Origin: an uncultured Pseudomonadota bacterium
GTDB lineage: Bacteria > Myxococcota_A > Polyangia > Fen-1088
Reading direction: 5' to 3'
DNA: 64,000 nt
Assembly (NCBI GenBank): GCA_963847705.1
Contig: CAWKBC010000021.1
Coordinates: 64,001-128,000 of the forward strand
Each line of letters begins with the position of its first letter. Positions within the stretch are counted from its first letter, which is position 1. Made by a program: the position numbers and the translations under genes. The notes under the pieces were generated by a model. It saw only the letters and a list, made by a program, of their open reading frames with translations. It did no database searches and was not told the DNA's origin. Below are positions 41,857 to 51,737 of this stretch, piece by piece.

Positions 41857-43032
41857 TCAGCGCCGGACCAGGATCGTTCTGTCGATCGCGGCGTAAATCC
41901 TTCGAGCCTGGGTGCCGGCGCGGCGCAGGGCGTTGCGGGTAGCCTCTCGTGACGTCGGAACGAAAAACCAGACGAACGCCGCCGCGACCACCGCGACAAG
42001 GAGAGCCCCCAGCCTTCGCCGGGGTCCTGGTGTGTGGACCTTTCGAAGAAACTGCAGCGTGTCTGGCTCGGCCCGCCGCTCGGGCGGCTCCGGGTCTTCG
42101 CCCGACATCGATGACGGAGCGGGCCCGGTGAACAGCGGCCGCGCGGGCGCGCGGGCAAACTGCCTCCGGTCGATGGCCACGGCGTCGATCGCGCCGCCCA
42201 GCGCCTCGGCGAAGGCGGCCACGTCGGGGTAGCGCTCGGCCGAGCGTTTCGACATGGCGCGGTCAATCACCGCGTCCACCTCCCTGCCCAACCAGGGCGC
42301 CCACTGCGACGGCGGTCGCGGCGTCACGTTGACCACCTGATGAAGGACCACGGACGGTTCGCCGCCCGCGAAGGGCTCGTGGCCCGTCAGCAGGCGATAG
42401 GAGAGGGCGGCCAGGGCGAATTGATCGCTGCGATGATCGATCTCCTGGGTGAGCCCTTGGGCCTGTTCGGGGGCCATGTATTCGGGCGTCCCCGTGATGA
42501 GGGGCTCGTGGTCCGGGCGCTCGCGCCAGATCGCGCGCGAGATCCCGAAGTCGATGACCTTGACGAAATCGTCGCGGCCATCGGTCGGGATGAGGATGAC
42601 GTTGTCGGGCTTGAGATCCAGATGCACGATGCCGTGCGCGTGGGCGGCCGCCAGCGCCTGGGCGATCTGGTCGATGACGTGCAGCGCGGCCCGCGGCTCG
42701 AGTGGCGCCCCGGCGATCGCGCTCTCGCTGAGGGGATGCCCCTGCAGGAGCTCCATCACCAGAAAAGGGACGCCGCTCTCCGTGACGTCGAAGTCCAGGA
42801 TCTGGACGATGTGCGGGTGGCGCAGCGCGGACATGATGTCGGCCTCCTGCCGCAGTCGGCTCAGCGCCTGCGCGTTCCCCGCCACGCTGGGGTGGAGAAC
42901 CTTGACCGCGACCTCGGAGCCGAGTCGCTCATGCCTCGCCACGTAGACGTCGCCGCATCCGCCCTGGGCCAGCGGGCGAACGAGCCGATAGCTCTCACCG
43001 AGGACGGTGCCGATGCCCGGAGCCGCCTCCAT
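41857..43032 (-). CDS. Ser/Thr protein kinase with C-terminal TM
   Basis: VAVK, HLDLKPDN, DFG, GTPEYMAPE, hydrophobic C-terminal segment. Confidence 0.92.
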   Translation of the reverse strand: MEAAPGIGTVLGESYRLVRPLAQGGCGDVYVARHERLGSEVAVKVLHPSVAGNAQALSRLRQEADIMSALRHPHIVQILDFDVTESGVPFLVMELLQGHPLSESAIAGAPLEPRAALHVIDQIAQALAAAHAHGIVHLDLKPDNVILIPTDGRDDFVKVIDFGISRAIWRERPDHEPLITGTPEYMAPEQAQGLTQEIDHRSDQFALAALSYRLLTGHEPFAGGEPSVVLHQVVNVTPRPPSQWAPWLGREVDAVIDRAMSKRSAERYPDVAAFAEALGGAIDAVAIDRRQFARAPARPLFTGPAPSSMSGEDPEPPERRAEPDTLQFLRKVHTPGPRRRLGALLVAVVAAAFVWFFVPTSREATRNALRRAGTQARRIYAAIDRTILVRR

Positions 43033-43793
43033 CAGAGTCGAACCAGGAGTTGCCCGCTCGGGTCGGTGGCCTCCGCGGCCAGGTTCGTCAGTCGGCCTGC
43101 GATGTAGACGTCGGAGGGGGCGGTGATCGTGAGCGTGGTCGCGTCGTCCCAGGTCAGATCCACGCTGGCGGTGACCTTCCCCTGCTGGAGAATCCTCCGG
43201 CCTTCGCCCAGCGTCGCTTTGACCTGGCCGCCCGTCGATTTCTCGAAGGTGGCCATGATCCTGATTCCTTTGGCCACCAGGGCCCGCGATTCGACCAGGT
43301 AGCCTCCCCCCAGGAGAGCCGCCTTCAGGTGCGGATCGCTCAACTCGTCGATGGCCGAACGGTAAGGCGCCGCCAGAAGATCGTCCCAGCGAACCGAATC
43401 GACGGTCACCTCGAGGTGAGAAGCGCGCGCCAGCTTGGCGTTCAAGGCTGCGTCGACGGGGAGAATTCCAACCGCGCTGTTGGCGTTGAACGCCCGGGCG
43501 ACCGAATCACCGAGCGCGCAGGCCCAGTCGACGCCGCGGTGGACCACCGCGGAGGTCGGATCCTCGACGATGCTGCCGACGAAGTATTCGGGCCCGATCC
43601 CCTTACCCGGATAGCGCTTCATGATCGTCCCCGGCCCCAGATTGTCGGAGAGGCCGAAGAAGACCACCTGCCCCGTCGCCAGATCGTCCGCCGCACAATC
43701 ACCGAGGTCGGCGTTCGTCTTCGAAGCGTTGGACAGGCCTCCGGAGCAGCCTGTCAGCGCCAAGGCGACCACGCCGGCGACGACCGATCTCAT
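43032..43793 (-). CDS. Lipoprotein of unknown function, possibly gasdermin-like fold
   Basis: MRSVVAGVVALALTGC lipoprotein signal; 253 aa; ATGA overlap upstream and TGATG overlap downstream. Confidence 0.7.
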   Translation of the reverse strand: MRSVVAGVVALALTGCSGGLSNASKTNADLGDCAADDLATGQVVFFGLSDNLGPGTIMKRYPGKGIGPEYFVGSIVEDPTSAVVHRGVDWACALGDSVARAFNANSAVGILPVDAALNAKLARASHLEVTVDSVRWDDLLAAPYRSAIDELSDPHLKAALLGGGYLVESRALVAKGIRIMATFEKSTGGQVKATLGEGRRILQQGKVTASVDLTWDDATTLTITAPSDVYIAGRLTNLAAEATDPSGQLLVRL

Positions 43794-45565
43794 GAGGCGA
43801 TTTGCTCGATGGTCGTCCGCGCGCTCTCCAGCGTGAAGCAGACCTGGCGCGCTCCGTCCTCGGTGAGCCGCAGGGAGCTCTCGTGACCGTTGGCCTGTCC
43901 TCCGGGACGAATGACCACCAGAGGCGTGTGGGGCAGCTTGGCCCGCAGGCGCCGGCAGATGTAGCGCGCCTGGGCCAGCCCGCCCGGGGGGACGGAGATG
44001 ACACAGACGAGGTCCGGCGGATCGGGCGGAGCGCCCCCCGGCTCTCTCGACGTGGGGTCCGACGACAGGTACGAGGAGCCCACCGACTCCAGCTGAGCCT
44101 TCCGGGGATCGAAGAGCTGGGCCAACATCTCCCAGATCGTCTCGTCGGTGACGGTCCGGGCCGACACGCCGACGATCCGGCGGATCGGCGTCTCGCTGCG
44201 AGCTTCCGTCTCGAGCGGCGCGGGCGTCTTGCTGTCGGCCAGCGCGCGAATGGTTCGCACCACGTGCTGGTGGTCGGCTTCGCTGATCTCGCCGCGGGCG
44301 CGATCGCGATCGGCCAGCAGCAGCGCAGGGATGATGATCTGGTCGAAGACCTGCGCCTGGGGCTTTTCGCGGAAGCGTTTGTCGAGGATCTCCTGGGCCT
44401 CTTCTTCGTCCCCCGACAGCAACCGGTGATAGAGGATCAGCTGGTCCTCCAGGGCCGGTTGGTCGTCGAGCAGGATCGCCAGGGACGAGAGGCGGGGCAC
44501 ATGCTTCCCCAGCACCGCCAGGCAGACCGTCAGCGGCGTCGAGAGCACCAGGCCGACGGGGCCCCAGAGCCAGGACCAGAAGAGCGCCGAGACCAGCATC
44601 GCCATCGACGAGACCCCCGTCTTCGCTCCGATGACGATCGGCTCGACGACGTAGGCCACCAGCACGTCGAGGCCGAGAAACAGCGCCAGCGTCGCCACCA
44701 GCTGCCACCACCCGGGAAACTGCGCGAAGGCCAGCGCCGCCGGGACCAGCATCGCGACCAGGGTGCCGACGAAGGGGACGAACCGCAGGACGGCGGCGAC
44801 GAACCCCCACAGCGGCGCGTAAGGGATCCCGATCCCCAGGAGCCCCCCCGCGACGGCGAGGCCGAAGGTCGCGTTGATCGCGGACTGCTGGGCCAAAAAC
44901 CGTCCGATCCGCTGGCCGGCCTCGTCGAGGGCCCGGGTCGTCAGCGTGACGTGTCCGCGCCCGATGAGGCGAATGAAGCGATCCCGCAAATCTTCGCGCT
45001 TGATCAGGAAGAAGATGACCAGCACCAGGACGATGCCCGCGCGCGCCAGGGGCTCCAGGACCGGGGCCAGGGCGCTCTCGATGCGCTCCAGCGCGGTGGC
45101 CTCGGCGGGAACCACCCGGACCGGGCGGGCGCCCTGGTCCGCCTCCACCTGCTCGTCGAGGTTGCGCACGGCGCGATCGACGCTCTTGGCGAGGCCTCCC
45201 AGGCCGCTCCCCTCGCTGCCGCGCAGGGCGATCATCTTGCGCTGGATCGAATCGGAGTACTTGGTCATCTCGGCGGACAGATCCACGACCTGGCGCTCGA
45301 GCAGGTAGCTGAACCCGGCGACGGCGGCCAGCGCGACGAGGACGACGACGGCCACCGCCCCCACCCGCCCGAGCGCGCGCTCGAACAGCCGGACCGCAGG
45401 GCCGAGCGCGAAGGCCACCACGATCGCCAGCGCCAGCGGAACGAAGACCGCTTGCGCGCGCGAGAGAACGGCGACGATCAACACCACGGTGGCGAGCGCG
45501 CCCAGGCCTGGACGGGCGGGGCGCGACGCCGGTGGAGGCGCGGGTGCTGCGGGAACTGCGCTCAC
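43790..45565 (-). CDS. AI-2E family transporter with cytoplasmic C-terminal domain
   Basis: EDLRDRFIRLIG, LRFVPFVG, EP, WSWLWGPVGLVLSTPLTVCL. Confidence 0.85.
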   Translation of the reverse strand: MSAVPAAPAPPPASRPARPGLGALATVVLIVAVLSRAQAVFVPLALAIVVAFALGPAVRLFERALGRVGAVAVVVLVALAAVAGFSYLLERQVVDLSAEMTKYSDSIQRKMIALRGSEGSGLGGLAKSVDRAVRNLDEQVEADQGARPVRVVPAEATALERIESALAPVLEPLARAGIVLVLVIFFLIKREDLRDRFIRLIGRGHVTLTTRALDEAGQRIGRFLAQQSAINATFGLAVAGGLLGIGIPYAPLWGFVAAVLRFVPFVGTLVAMLVPAALAFAQFPGWWQLVATLALFLGLDVLVAYVVEPIVIGAKTGVSSMAMLVSALFWSWLWGPVGLVLSTPLTVCLAVLGKHVPRLSSLAILLDDQPALEDQLILYHRLLSGDEEEAQEILDKRFREKPQAQVFDQIIIPALLLADRDRARGEISEADHQHVVRTIRALADSKTPAPLETEARSETPIRRIVGVSARTVTDETIWEMLAQLFDPRKAQLESVGSSYLSSDPTSREPGGAPPDPPDLVCVISVPPGGLAQARYICRRLRAKLPHTPLVVIRPGGQANGHESSLRLTEDGARQVCFTLESARTTIEQIAS

Positions 45566-45567
45566 GG

Positions 45568-45807
45568 CTAGGGCTCCGGGTGGGATCGGCGGCCGGCCAG
45601 GCGCCCGATGATGAATCCGAGGGAGAGGCCGAGGCCGATCCAACCGAGCGGATGCGACGCGGCCCAGTGGCGCCAGCTGGTGGCGGTCCGGACACGGTGG
45701 CGCAGCTCCTCGAACGAGGCGCCGACCCGCTCGCGCCCAAGCGCGATCTCGGCTTCGAGCAGGGCGATCTCTCGCTGCTCGGTCCGGGGCTCAGGCGATG
45801 CGGGCAT
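45568..45807 (-). CDS. Small hypothetical membrane protein (DUF3618-like)
   Basis: Coiled-coil EIALGRERV...L, then W...HP and a TM; within operon. Confidence 0.6.
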   Translation of the reverse strand: MPASPEPRTEQREIALLEAEIALGRERVGASFEELRHRVRTATSWRHWAASHPLGWIGLGLSLGFIIGRLAGRRSHPEP

Positions 45808-46186
45808 TCGACGACCTCGTCCTGTCGGACAGGGCCGCCATGGTTCGCCGGACGGTGCCGCTCACGTCGGCGCCGGTTCGCTCCAGGATCGGCGTTCGCC
45901 GCAGCGCGGACAGGGTCCGCTGAAGGCCGATCCCGGCCACCGCGATCTGCAGCCCGGCGACGGACCCCAGCGCGGCGGGTCGTCCGCAATAGGCGGCGAG
46001 AAACGACGCCAGCGCCGCCATCGCGAAGGCGTACCCCACGATGAGCGGCGGAATGAAGAGGGCGATCCGCGCCACGCGCTTGAGCACCAGGCGCAGATCG
46101 AGCGAGAGCTCCAGGCGGGCCAGCTTGATCTGCGCGGCGAACAGATCCGCCAGCCCCTCCGCGGTCTCGGTCGCCACCTGGACCAC
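45791..46186 (-). CDS. Phage-holin-family (DUF1469-like) membrane protein
   Basis: LADLFAAQIKLARLEL, two TMs, LERT; start uncertain. Confidence 0.65.
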   Translation of the reverse strand: MVQVATETAEGLADLFAAQIKLARLELSLDLRLVLKRVARIALFIPPLIVGYAFAMAALASFLAAYCGRPAALGSVAGLQIAVAGIGLQRTLSALRRTPILERTGADVSGTVRRTMAALSDRTRSSNARIA

Positions 46187-46227
46187 GGAGGGACGTGTCG
46201 CCGGTTGCGGCGGCAGGGGGCGGGGGC

Positions 46228-46506
46228 TCAGGTGCGCGCCTCCGCGCTGGAGGTCGCCGCTTCGGGCGCCTCCGGCGACTCCCCCTCGCTGTTGCGAAGG
46301 GTGCGGAACCGATCTCCCAGATCCGACCGCAGCGCCTGGCCCGACTTCGGCGCCAGCAACAGCGCCGCGCCGGCGCCCACCAGCAGACCGACGCCGAAGA
46401 TGCTCAGGGCCCCCAGCAGGCGATCGGAGGTGCTCGGCTTGCTGGTCAGGCCCAGCGCCGAAAGGACGTCGTCTTTGCTGAAGTCTCGCAGGTCATTGAT
46501 TTTCAT
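46228..46506 (-). CDS. YtxH domain protein
   Basis: GLLVGAGAALLLAPKSG..LR..L. Confidence 0.8.
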   Translation of the reverse strand: MKINDLRDFSKDDVLSALGLTSKPSTSDRLLGALSIFGVGLLVGAGAALLLAPKSGQALRSDLGDRFRTLRNSEGESPEAPEAATSSAEART

Positions 46507-46816
46507 TTTTCACGTTTCCTTCTGGGTGGTCTGTCTTCTGGCCGAGCACGAGGAGGCCCTCCGTCACCAAGGGCAGGAGAGCCGTCCGCAGCCCGATCCG
46601 AATTGCTGTCCCCACGATGCGCGCCGTGAGCCGCGAAACCAGGCCGCCGCCCAGCACGAACCCGACGCCCACCGCCATCGCCACAAACCGCCCGGGATGT
46701 TCCCGGGTCTGTCGCGCCAGCCTGTCGGCCCAGGATTCGACCCTCGGCGTCTGGGGCGCCCGCCGGGCGACCGCTGCGCCGGACCCGCGGCCGGCCTCGC
46801 CGATCTTGGGCGTCAC
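46493..46816 (-). CDS. Small hypothetical membrane protein (DUF883-like tail)
   Basis: REHP...VAMAVGVGFVLGGG. Confidence 0.6.
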   Translation of the reverse strand: MTPKIGEAGRGSGAAVARRAPQTPRVESWADRLARQTREHPGRFVAMAVGVGFVLGGGLVSRLTARIVGTAIRIGLRTALLPLVTEGLLVLGQKTDHPEGNVKNENQ

Positions 46817-46823
46817 CGCGCCC

Positions 46824-47486
46824 TCATTGCGTCCCGCCCCCGAGTACGCCGCAGTCGAGCGCAAATCGCACCAGGGCAGAGCGCGACTCCAGCCCCAGCT
46901 TCTCCATGACTCTGGAACGATAGGTCTCGACCGACTTGACGCCCAGCCGCAGCTCCTCGGCGATCTGCGAGTTGGTGAAGCCCTCGGCGACCCGCCGCAT
47001 GACCTCCAGCTCTCGTCCGGTCAGCTGCGCCGTCCCTGTTTCGCCTTTTGCGCCGCCAGAGGTTGGCTGCATCTGGCTTTGCGCGAACCCCAGCCCGAGC
47101 GAGGCGTCGATGAAGGTCCGCCCCTGCGCCACCGCCCGGATCGCCGCCAGGAGCTCGGTGTCGACCGCGCTCTTCACCACGTAACCGACGGCACCCGCTT
47201 GCCCGGCGGCGCGCACGTAGCCGAGCTCGTCGTGCACGGTGAGGACGATGATCCGCGTCTTGGGGCGGACCTGCTTCACGGCGGCGATGGCGGCGAGCCC
47301 TCCGCCGTTCGGCATGCTGATGTCCATCAACACCACGTCCGGCTCGGTGCTCTTGACGCCGATCTCGGCATCGGGCCCGTTGTCCGCCTCGCCGACCACC
47401 TCCATGTCGGGCTGGAGGTTGATGAGGGCGCGCAGGCCGCCGCGCAGGATCCCGTGATCGTCGGCGAGGAACACCCGGATGCTCAT
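46824..47486 (-). CDS. NarL/FixJ family response regulator (copy 1)
   Basis: ADDH, LMDISMP, LT, VVK; LuxR HTH LTGRELEV..TNSQIAEEL.LGVKSVETYR. Confidence 0.93.
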   Translation of the reverse strand: MSIRVFLADDHGILRGGLRALINLQPDMEVVGEADNGPDAEIGVKSTEPDVVLMDISMPNGGGLAAIAAVKQVRPKTRIIVLTVHDELGYVRAAGQAGAVGYVVKSAVDTELLAAIRAVAQGRTFIDASLGLGFAQSQMQPTSGGAKGETGTAQLTGRELEVMRRVAEGFTNSQIAEELRLGVKSVETYRSRVMEKLGLESRSALVRFALDCGVLGGGTQ

Positions 47487-48874
47487 GGCGAGCTCGGCTT
47501 CGGCGGCGGAATGGGGACGCTGATACAGATGGTCGTGCCACTTCCAGGCGCGGATTCCAGGGTCATCGAGCCTCCTACCAGATGGGCGCGCTCGCGCATT
47601 CCCACCAAACCGAGCTGCGCCTCGGAGAGAAGCTCCGTGGCGTCGAATCCTTTTCCGTCATCCTCGACCACCAGGCGAACCTCGGTCGCGGTTCGATGGA
47701 TGAGGATGCTCACCGCCTTGGGCGAGGCGTGCTTGGTCGCGTTGGTCAGCGCCTCCTGCGCCATCCGGTAGAGCGCGATCTCGAGCCCTTCGGAGAGGCG
47801 AGGCAGGCGCGGCCCGGTGGAATGCAGGTCGACCAGGAAGCCCTGCGCGCGGCTCACGTCGAGCGCCAGGCGTTCGAGCGCCTCCTCGAGGCCCAGATCG
47901 TCGAGGACGCTGGGGCGAAGCCCGCGGGCCATGCGCTGAACGCCCAGCAGGGCGGCCGACACGAACCCGCGCAGCGTGCTGGCCGCGCCCAGCGCATGAT
48001 CGAGATCCTTCGACTCCTCGACGGCCCGGAGGCCGACCAGGAGCGACGTCAGCGTCTGGGCGGTGTCGTCGTGCAGCTCGCGGGCGATCCGCCGGCGCTC
48101 CTCTTCCTGGGCGGTGAGCACGTCGCTCAACAGGGCGCGGATGGTCTCCTCGGCGTACCGGCGCTCCGTGATGTCGCGGTTGACGCTGACGTAGCCGAGC
48201 CGCTTGCCGCTGCTGTCGAAGAGGGCGGCGGCGCGCGATTCGATGTGGATGCGCCTTCCGTCGGCCCGGCGATGGGTCAGCTCGCCGTGAAAGCGGCCCG
48301 TCTCCAGCAGCCGTCGGATCGCCTCGGCGCGCTCGACGCCGAAGTCGGTGCGGAACACCAGCGCGTCCGGCTGCCCGAGCACCTCCTCGGCCCGTCTTCC
48401 GTAGGTCGATTCGGCGGCGGCGTTCCAACCGGTGAGGATGAACTTGTCATCGCTGGCGACCACGGCGTCGTTGACGGTCGCCAGCAAGAGATCGAGATAC
48501 CGTGTCTGGGCCTCCGTCCGCCGGCGGTAGGTGACGTCGAGGACGGATTCCAGAACAGCGGGGCGGCCGCCGAAGCTGACCGCGAACGCGGTGATCTCCA
48601 CGTCGATGAACGATCCGTCCTTCCGCCGATGTCTGCCCAGCGAGGACGGACTCTGGCTGGCCTTGGTGAGGGGCGTCTCCTCGACGGAGAGGTCGTCGAC
48701 CGTCATGGAGAGAAACTCGTCCCGCGAGTAGCCGTAGTGAAGCACCGCGGCCCGGTTGACGTCCACCATCTCCTCGGCCTCGACCACCCACATGGGGTGG
48801 CCGTTCTCCTCGAACACGCGGCGGCAGTCGGCTTGTGCGTCCGACCATCCAGCCTCGACCATTTCCGCCCTCAT
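47483..48874 (-). CDS. Cytoplasmic PAS-PAS HisKA_3 sensor histidine kinase
   Basis: Two PAS domains, EERRRIARELHDD, QEALTNA.KH, DDGKGF, GLVGMRER. Confidence 0.92.
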   Translation of the reverse strand: MRAEMVEAGWSDAQADCRRVFEENGHPMWVVEAEEMVDVNRAAVLHYGYSRDEFLSMTVDDLSVEETPLTKASQSPSSLGRHRRKDGSFIDVEITAFAVSFGGRPAVLESVLDVTYRRRTEAQTRYLDLLLATVNDAVVASDDKFILTGWNAAAESTYGRRAEEVLGQPDALVFRTDFGVERAEAIRRLLETGRFHGELTHRRADGRRIHIESRAAALFDSSGKRLGYVSVNRDITERRYAEETIRALLSDVLTAQEEERRRIARELHDDTAQTLTSLLVGLRAVEESKDLDHALGAASTLRGFVSAALLGVQRMARGLRPSVLDDLGLEEALERLALDVSRAQGFLVDLHSTGPRLPRLSEGLEIALYRMAQEALTNATKHASPKAVSILIHRTATEVRLVVEDDGKGFDATELLSEAQLGLVGMRERAHLVGGSMTLESAPGSGTTICISVPIPPPKPSSP

Positions 48875-48876
48875 CG

Positions 48877-49815
48877 TCAGAACCTCTGGTGCACTATGGG
48901 CTGTTCGAGGCGAGGCATCCGAGAATTCGCCACCGGGAGCGGGATTGTTTCGTGACGTGGCTCCTTGGGGGCCGGCAGCTCGAAGGCATTTTCCAGCTCC
49001 GCCTGGAGATAGGCGCGGATTCTACCCTTGAGCCGCCCCTCCAGTTGACGCACGCGCTCACGGGTGACGCCGAAGCTCGTCGCCAGATCCGTCAGCTTGG
49101 CCGGCTCATCGTTGAAGAGGCGCCGCCGGAAGATCTGGGCCTCCCGGCCCCGCAGCGTCGCCCCGAACGCCTCCAGCTTGGCGCGGAGGACGCGGCTGAA
49201 GTCGGCCTCCTCGACGCACAGGTCGGGCCCCGGCACGGAGGTGTCGCTCAGGGAGTCACCCAGGGTCGTCCCGTCGGCCTCCAGCGATCTCACCGGCGTC
49301 TCCAGCGACATCTCGCTGCCCGCGAAGCGCTCCAGCATGGCGACGACCTCGCTCTCCTTGACCCGCAGCCGCGCGGCCAGCGCGCGGGGATTCACTTCGC
49401 CACCCTCCCGTTGCAGCCGGTCTCGCTCCTTGCCCAGGGAGAAGAACAGCTTGCGCTGGGCCTGCGTCGTCCCGACCTTGACGAGCCGCCAGTTGTTCAT
49501 GGTCAGCTTCAACATGTAGGCCCGGATCCACCAGACCGCGTAGCTGCAGAACTTGATGCCGCGGGTCGGATCGTACTTGTCGACCGCGTGGAGGAGCCCG
49601 CGATTCCCTTCCTGAACGAAGTCGGCGAGGTCGTCGTCGGCGCGGCAGTAGTGATGCGCCAGCGCCACCACCATCCGCATGTTCGCGATGATCAGGCGCT
49701 CGGCCAGGGCCGGATCCTTGGTCTTCACATAGGCCAGCGCGCAGCGATGCTCCTCCTCGCGCGACATCGGCACGGAGTGCCGGAGATCGAAATGGTCTTT
49801 GAGACTGACTTGCAT
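48877..49815 (-). CDS. RpoH-like group-3 sigma-70 factor
   Basis: ANMRMVV, QEGNRGL..AVDKYDP.RG, YAVWWIRA, RpoH box VGTTQAQRKLFFSL, FGVTRERVRQLE. Confidence 0.9.
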   Translation of the reverse strand: MQVSLKDHFDLRHSVPMSREEEHRCALAYVKTKDPALAERLIIANMRMVVALAHHYCRADDDLADFVQEGNRGLLHAVDKYDPTRGIKFCSYAVWWIRAYMLKLTMNNWRLVKVGTTQAQRKLFFSLGKERDRLQREGGEVNPRALAARLRVKESEVVAMLERFAGSEMSLETPVRSLEADGTTLGDSLSDTSVPGPDLCVEEADFSRVLRAKLEAFGATLRGREAQIFRRRLFNDEPAKLTDLATSFGVTRERVRQLEGRLKGRIRAYLQAELENAFELPAPKEPRHETIPLPVANSRMPRLEQPIVHQRF

Positions 49816-49835
49816 TGGTTTTTCCTCGCCCCGAC

Positions 49836-50771
49836 TCATAGCTCAGGCGCAGCGCCGGTCCTGTCCGGCGACCCCCACACCCCCTGTAATGCTTTCCCCG
49901 ACCGCGCCTCCAAGGTGGCCTCGAAGATGACGTTGACCTCACCGCCCAACAGGAAGATGAACCCCGTCAGGTAGAACCAGGTCATGAGCACGATGACGCC
50001 GCCGATCGCGCCATAGGTGACGTTGTAGCTGGCGATGTGCGCGGCGTACTCGCCGAAGCCCCAGGTGGCGACGAACCAACCCAGGGTCCCGAGCAGCGAG
50101 CCCGGCGTGAGGAGCTTGAACTTCCGAGGGACGTCGGGGAGCAGGTGGTATCCGAGCGCCGCGCAGAGGGCGATCGCCCCTGCGGTGAGCGGCCAGCGGA
50201 GCCAGCGCCAGACGAAGACGTAAGGCGTCGCGACGCCCACCTGCCGGGCCAGCCAGAACCCCGCGCTGCCGCCGGCCGCCATCCCGGCCACCGCGCCCAG
50301 CACCAGAAGCGTGCCACCCGTCGTCATGCCCAGGGCCAGCGCCTCCGTTTTCCACCAGGGGCGCGACTCCTTGACGTCGTAGGCCCGGTTCAAGGCTGCC
50401 CGGACGGCGTCGACGCCTCGGGAGGCGGAGTAGAGCGCCAGCAGGAGGCTCATCGCCAGGAAGTGCGGCCGGGGCCTGGTGACCAGACCCTCGACGTGCG
50501 CGGAGACGAGCTGCATCGCCTGCGGCGGCAGGACGTCGCGCGCGCGCGACAGCAGGGTGTCGGCCGAGGTTCGGAAATAGGGGACGTAGGCGGTCAGCGT
50601 CGTCAGCAAAAACAGGAACGGGAACAACGCGAAGACGAAGTAGTAGCTGAGCGCGCCGGCGGCGTCCCCCAGGCTGTCGCGGGTGTACCGCCGGTAGATC
50701 TCCTTGATGAACGACTTCGCCGCCGGGGCGCTCGGGCTGGCCGGCGGCGTGTGCAGACGGAGCGTGTTCAA
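49836..50771 (-). CDS. YihY/BrkB family membrane protein
   Basis: AGALSYY..FALFP, ALNRAY.VKESR, YN.TYGAIGGVIVLMTWFY. Confidence 0.9.
   Translation of the reverse strand: MNTLRLHTPPASPSAPAAKSFIKEIYRRYTRDSLGDAAGALSYYFVFALFPFLFLLTTLTAYVPYFRTSADTLLSRARDVLPPQAMQLVSAHVEGLVTRPRPHFLAMSLLLALYSASRGVDAVRAALNRAYDVKESRPWWKTEALALGMTTGGTLLVLGAVAGMAAGGSAGFWLARQVGVATPYVFVWRWLRWPLTAGAIALCAALGYHLLPDVPRKFKLLTPGSLLGTLGWFVATWGFGEYAAHIASYNVTYGAIGGVIVLMTWFYLTGFIFLLGGEVNVIFEATLEARSGKALQGVWGSPDRTGAAPEL
49885..49902 (-). promoter_or_regulatory. Island box 1 (upstream of sigma gene, inside yihY 3' end)
   Basis: gtcggggaaagcattaca-N16-ccggaca-N17-gagcTATGAG (TA at +45). Confidence 0.7.
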
Positions 50772-51724
50772 TTCGGCTGAGTGGCGATCTTGGCGACGAC
50801 GATCTCCACGCGTCGATTGTTGGCCCGCCCCTCGGCGCTGGTGTTGTCGGCGATGGGGCGCTCGGGTCCCATCCCCTTCGCCACCACCCGGTCCGCCGGG
50901 AGACCGCGCGAGATGAGGTAGGTCCGCACCGACTCCGCGCGGCGCTGCGACAGATCGATGTTTCGCGACTGCGAGCCCTTGGAGTCGGTGTATCCCTCGA
51001 TGCTCACCGGCCGTCCATTGGTGAGCAGGGCGGCCGCCACGTCATCGAGCTTGGTCTGCGCGGCGGGCAGGAGCTGGGCGTCGTTCGAGCGGAAGAGGAC
51101 GCCGCCCGAGAGGGTGATGACCATGCCGCGCTCTTCGTCCTTGGCGGCCAGCTTGGCCAGCGCGTCGTTCGCGGCGTTGGTCTTCTCGTTGGCGGCGATG
51201 GCCTTCTGTTCGGAGTCGAGCGCCCGCTGCTCGGACGCGGCGGCCTTGCTGTCGGCCTCCTGCCGGGCCGCGTGCTCCGCTCCCAGCTGCGCCGCCTCTT
51301 TCGCCTGCCCGGCCTGCGAATCGCTGAGCTGCAGACGGGTCTTGACCAGCGAGGCCTGGGTCTTCTTCGCGCCCGCCGCCTGCTTGTCTTGATAGTCCTG
51401 CTTGGCCTTGGCGATCGTCTGCGTGGAGAGGACGGTTCGGGCCTGCACCTCGACGGTCTGGATGGTTCGGTCGGCGATGTAGGCCAGGTCGATGGTCTTC
51501 TGCGAGCTCTTTTCCTCGGCGAACGACCTCTCCGCGGCGTCGAGGACGATCTTTGCTTTGTGGAGCTCCGCCGGCAGCAGTTGAACGGCGGGACCGTTGC
51601 TGGCGCGGGCATAAGACGTCCGCGCGGTGGTCAGCTCGACCGGCGGGGGGACGGTGGCACATCCCGCGCCGAGCATGGCCAGTCCGAGAAAAAGTGATGT
51701 TTTCGAAGCTTTCCAAGTTTTCAT
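50768..51724 (-). CDS. DUF4398 + OmpA-family lipoprotein
   Basis: Lipobox GAGC, coiled coil, EGYTDS.G, LSQRRAESV, RANNRRVEI. Confidence 0.9.
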   Translation of the reverse strand: MKTWKASKTSLFLGLAMLGAGCATVPPPVELTTARTSYARASNGPAVQLLPAELHKAKIVLDAAERSFAEEKSSQKTIDLAYIADRTIQTVEVQARTVLSTQTIAKAKQDYQDKQAAGAKKTQASLVKTRLQLSDSQAGQAKEAAQLGAEHAARQEADSKAAASEQRALDSEQKAIAANEKTNAANDALAKLAAKDEERGMVITLSGGVLFRSNDAQLLPAAQTKLDDVAAALLTNGRPVSIEGYTDSKGSQSRNIDLSQRRAESVRTYLISRGLPADRVVAKGMGPERPIADNTSAEGRANNRRVEIVVAKIATQPN

Positions 51725-51737
51725 CGATGGGTCCTCG

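Noticed and set aside
43032-45989. 985-aa ORF in the track
   Set aside because: Only 43032-43793 looks coding; the rest is an off-frame reading of the AI-2E and upstream genes
45791-46186. Holin as a prophage marker
   Set aside because: This family is common in non-phage operons; no endolysin, integrase or structural genes nearby
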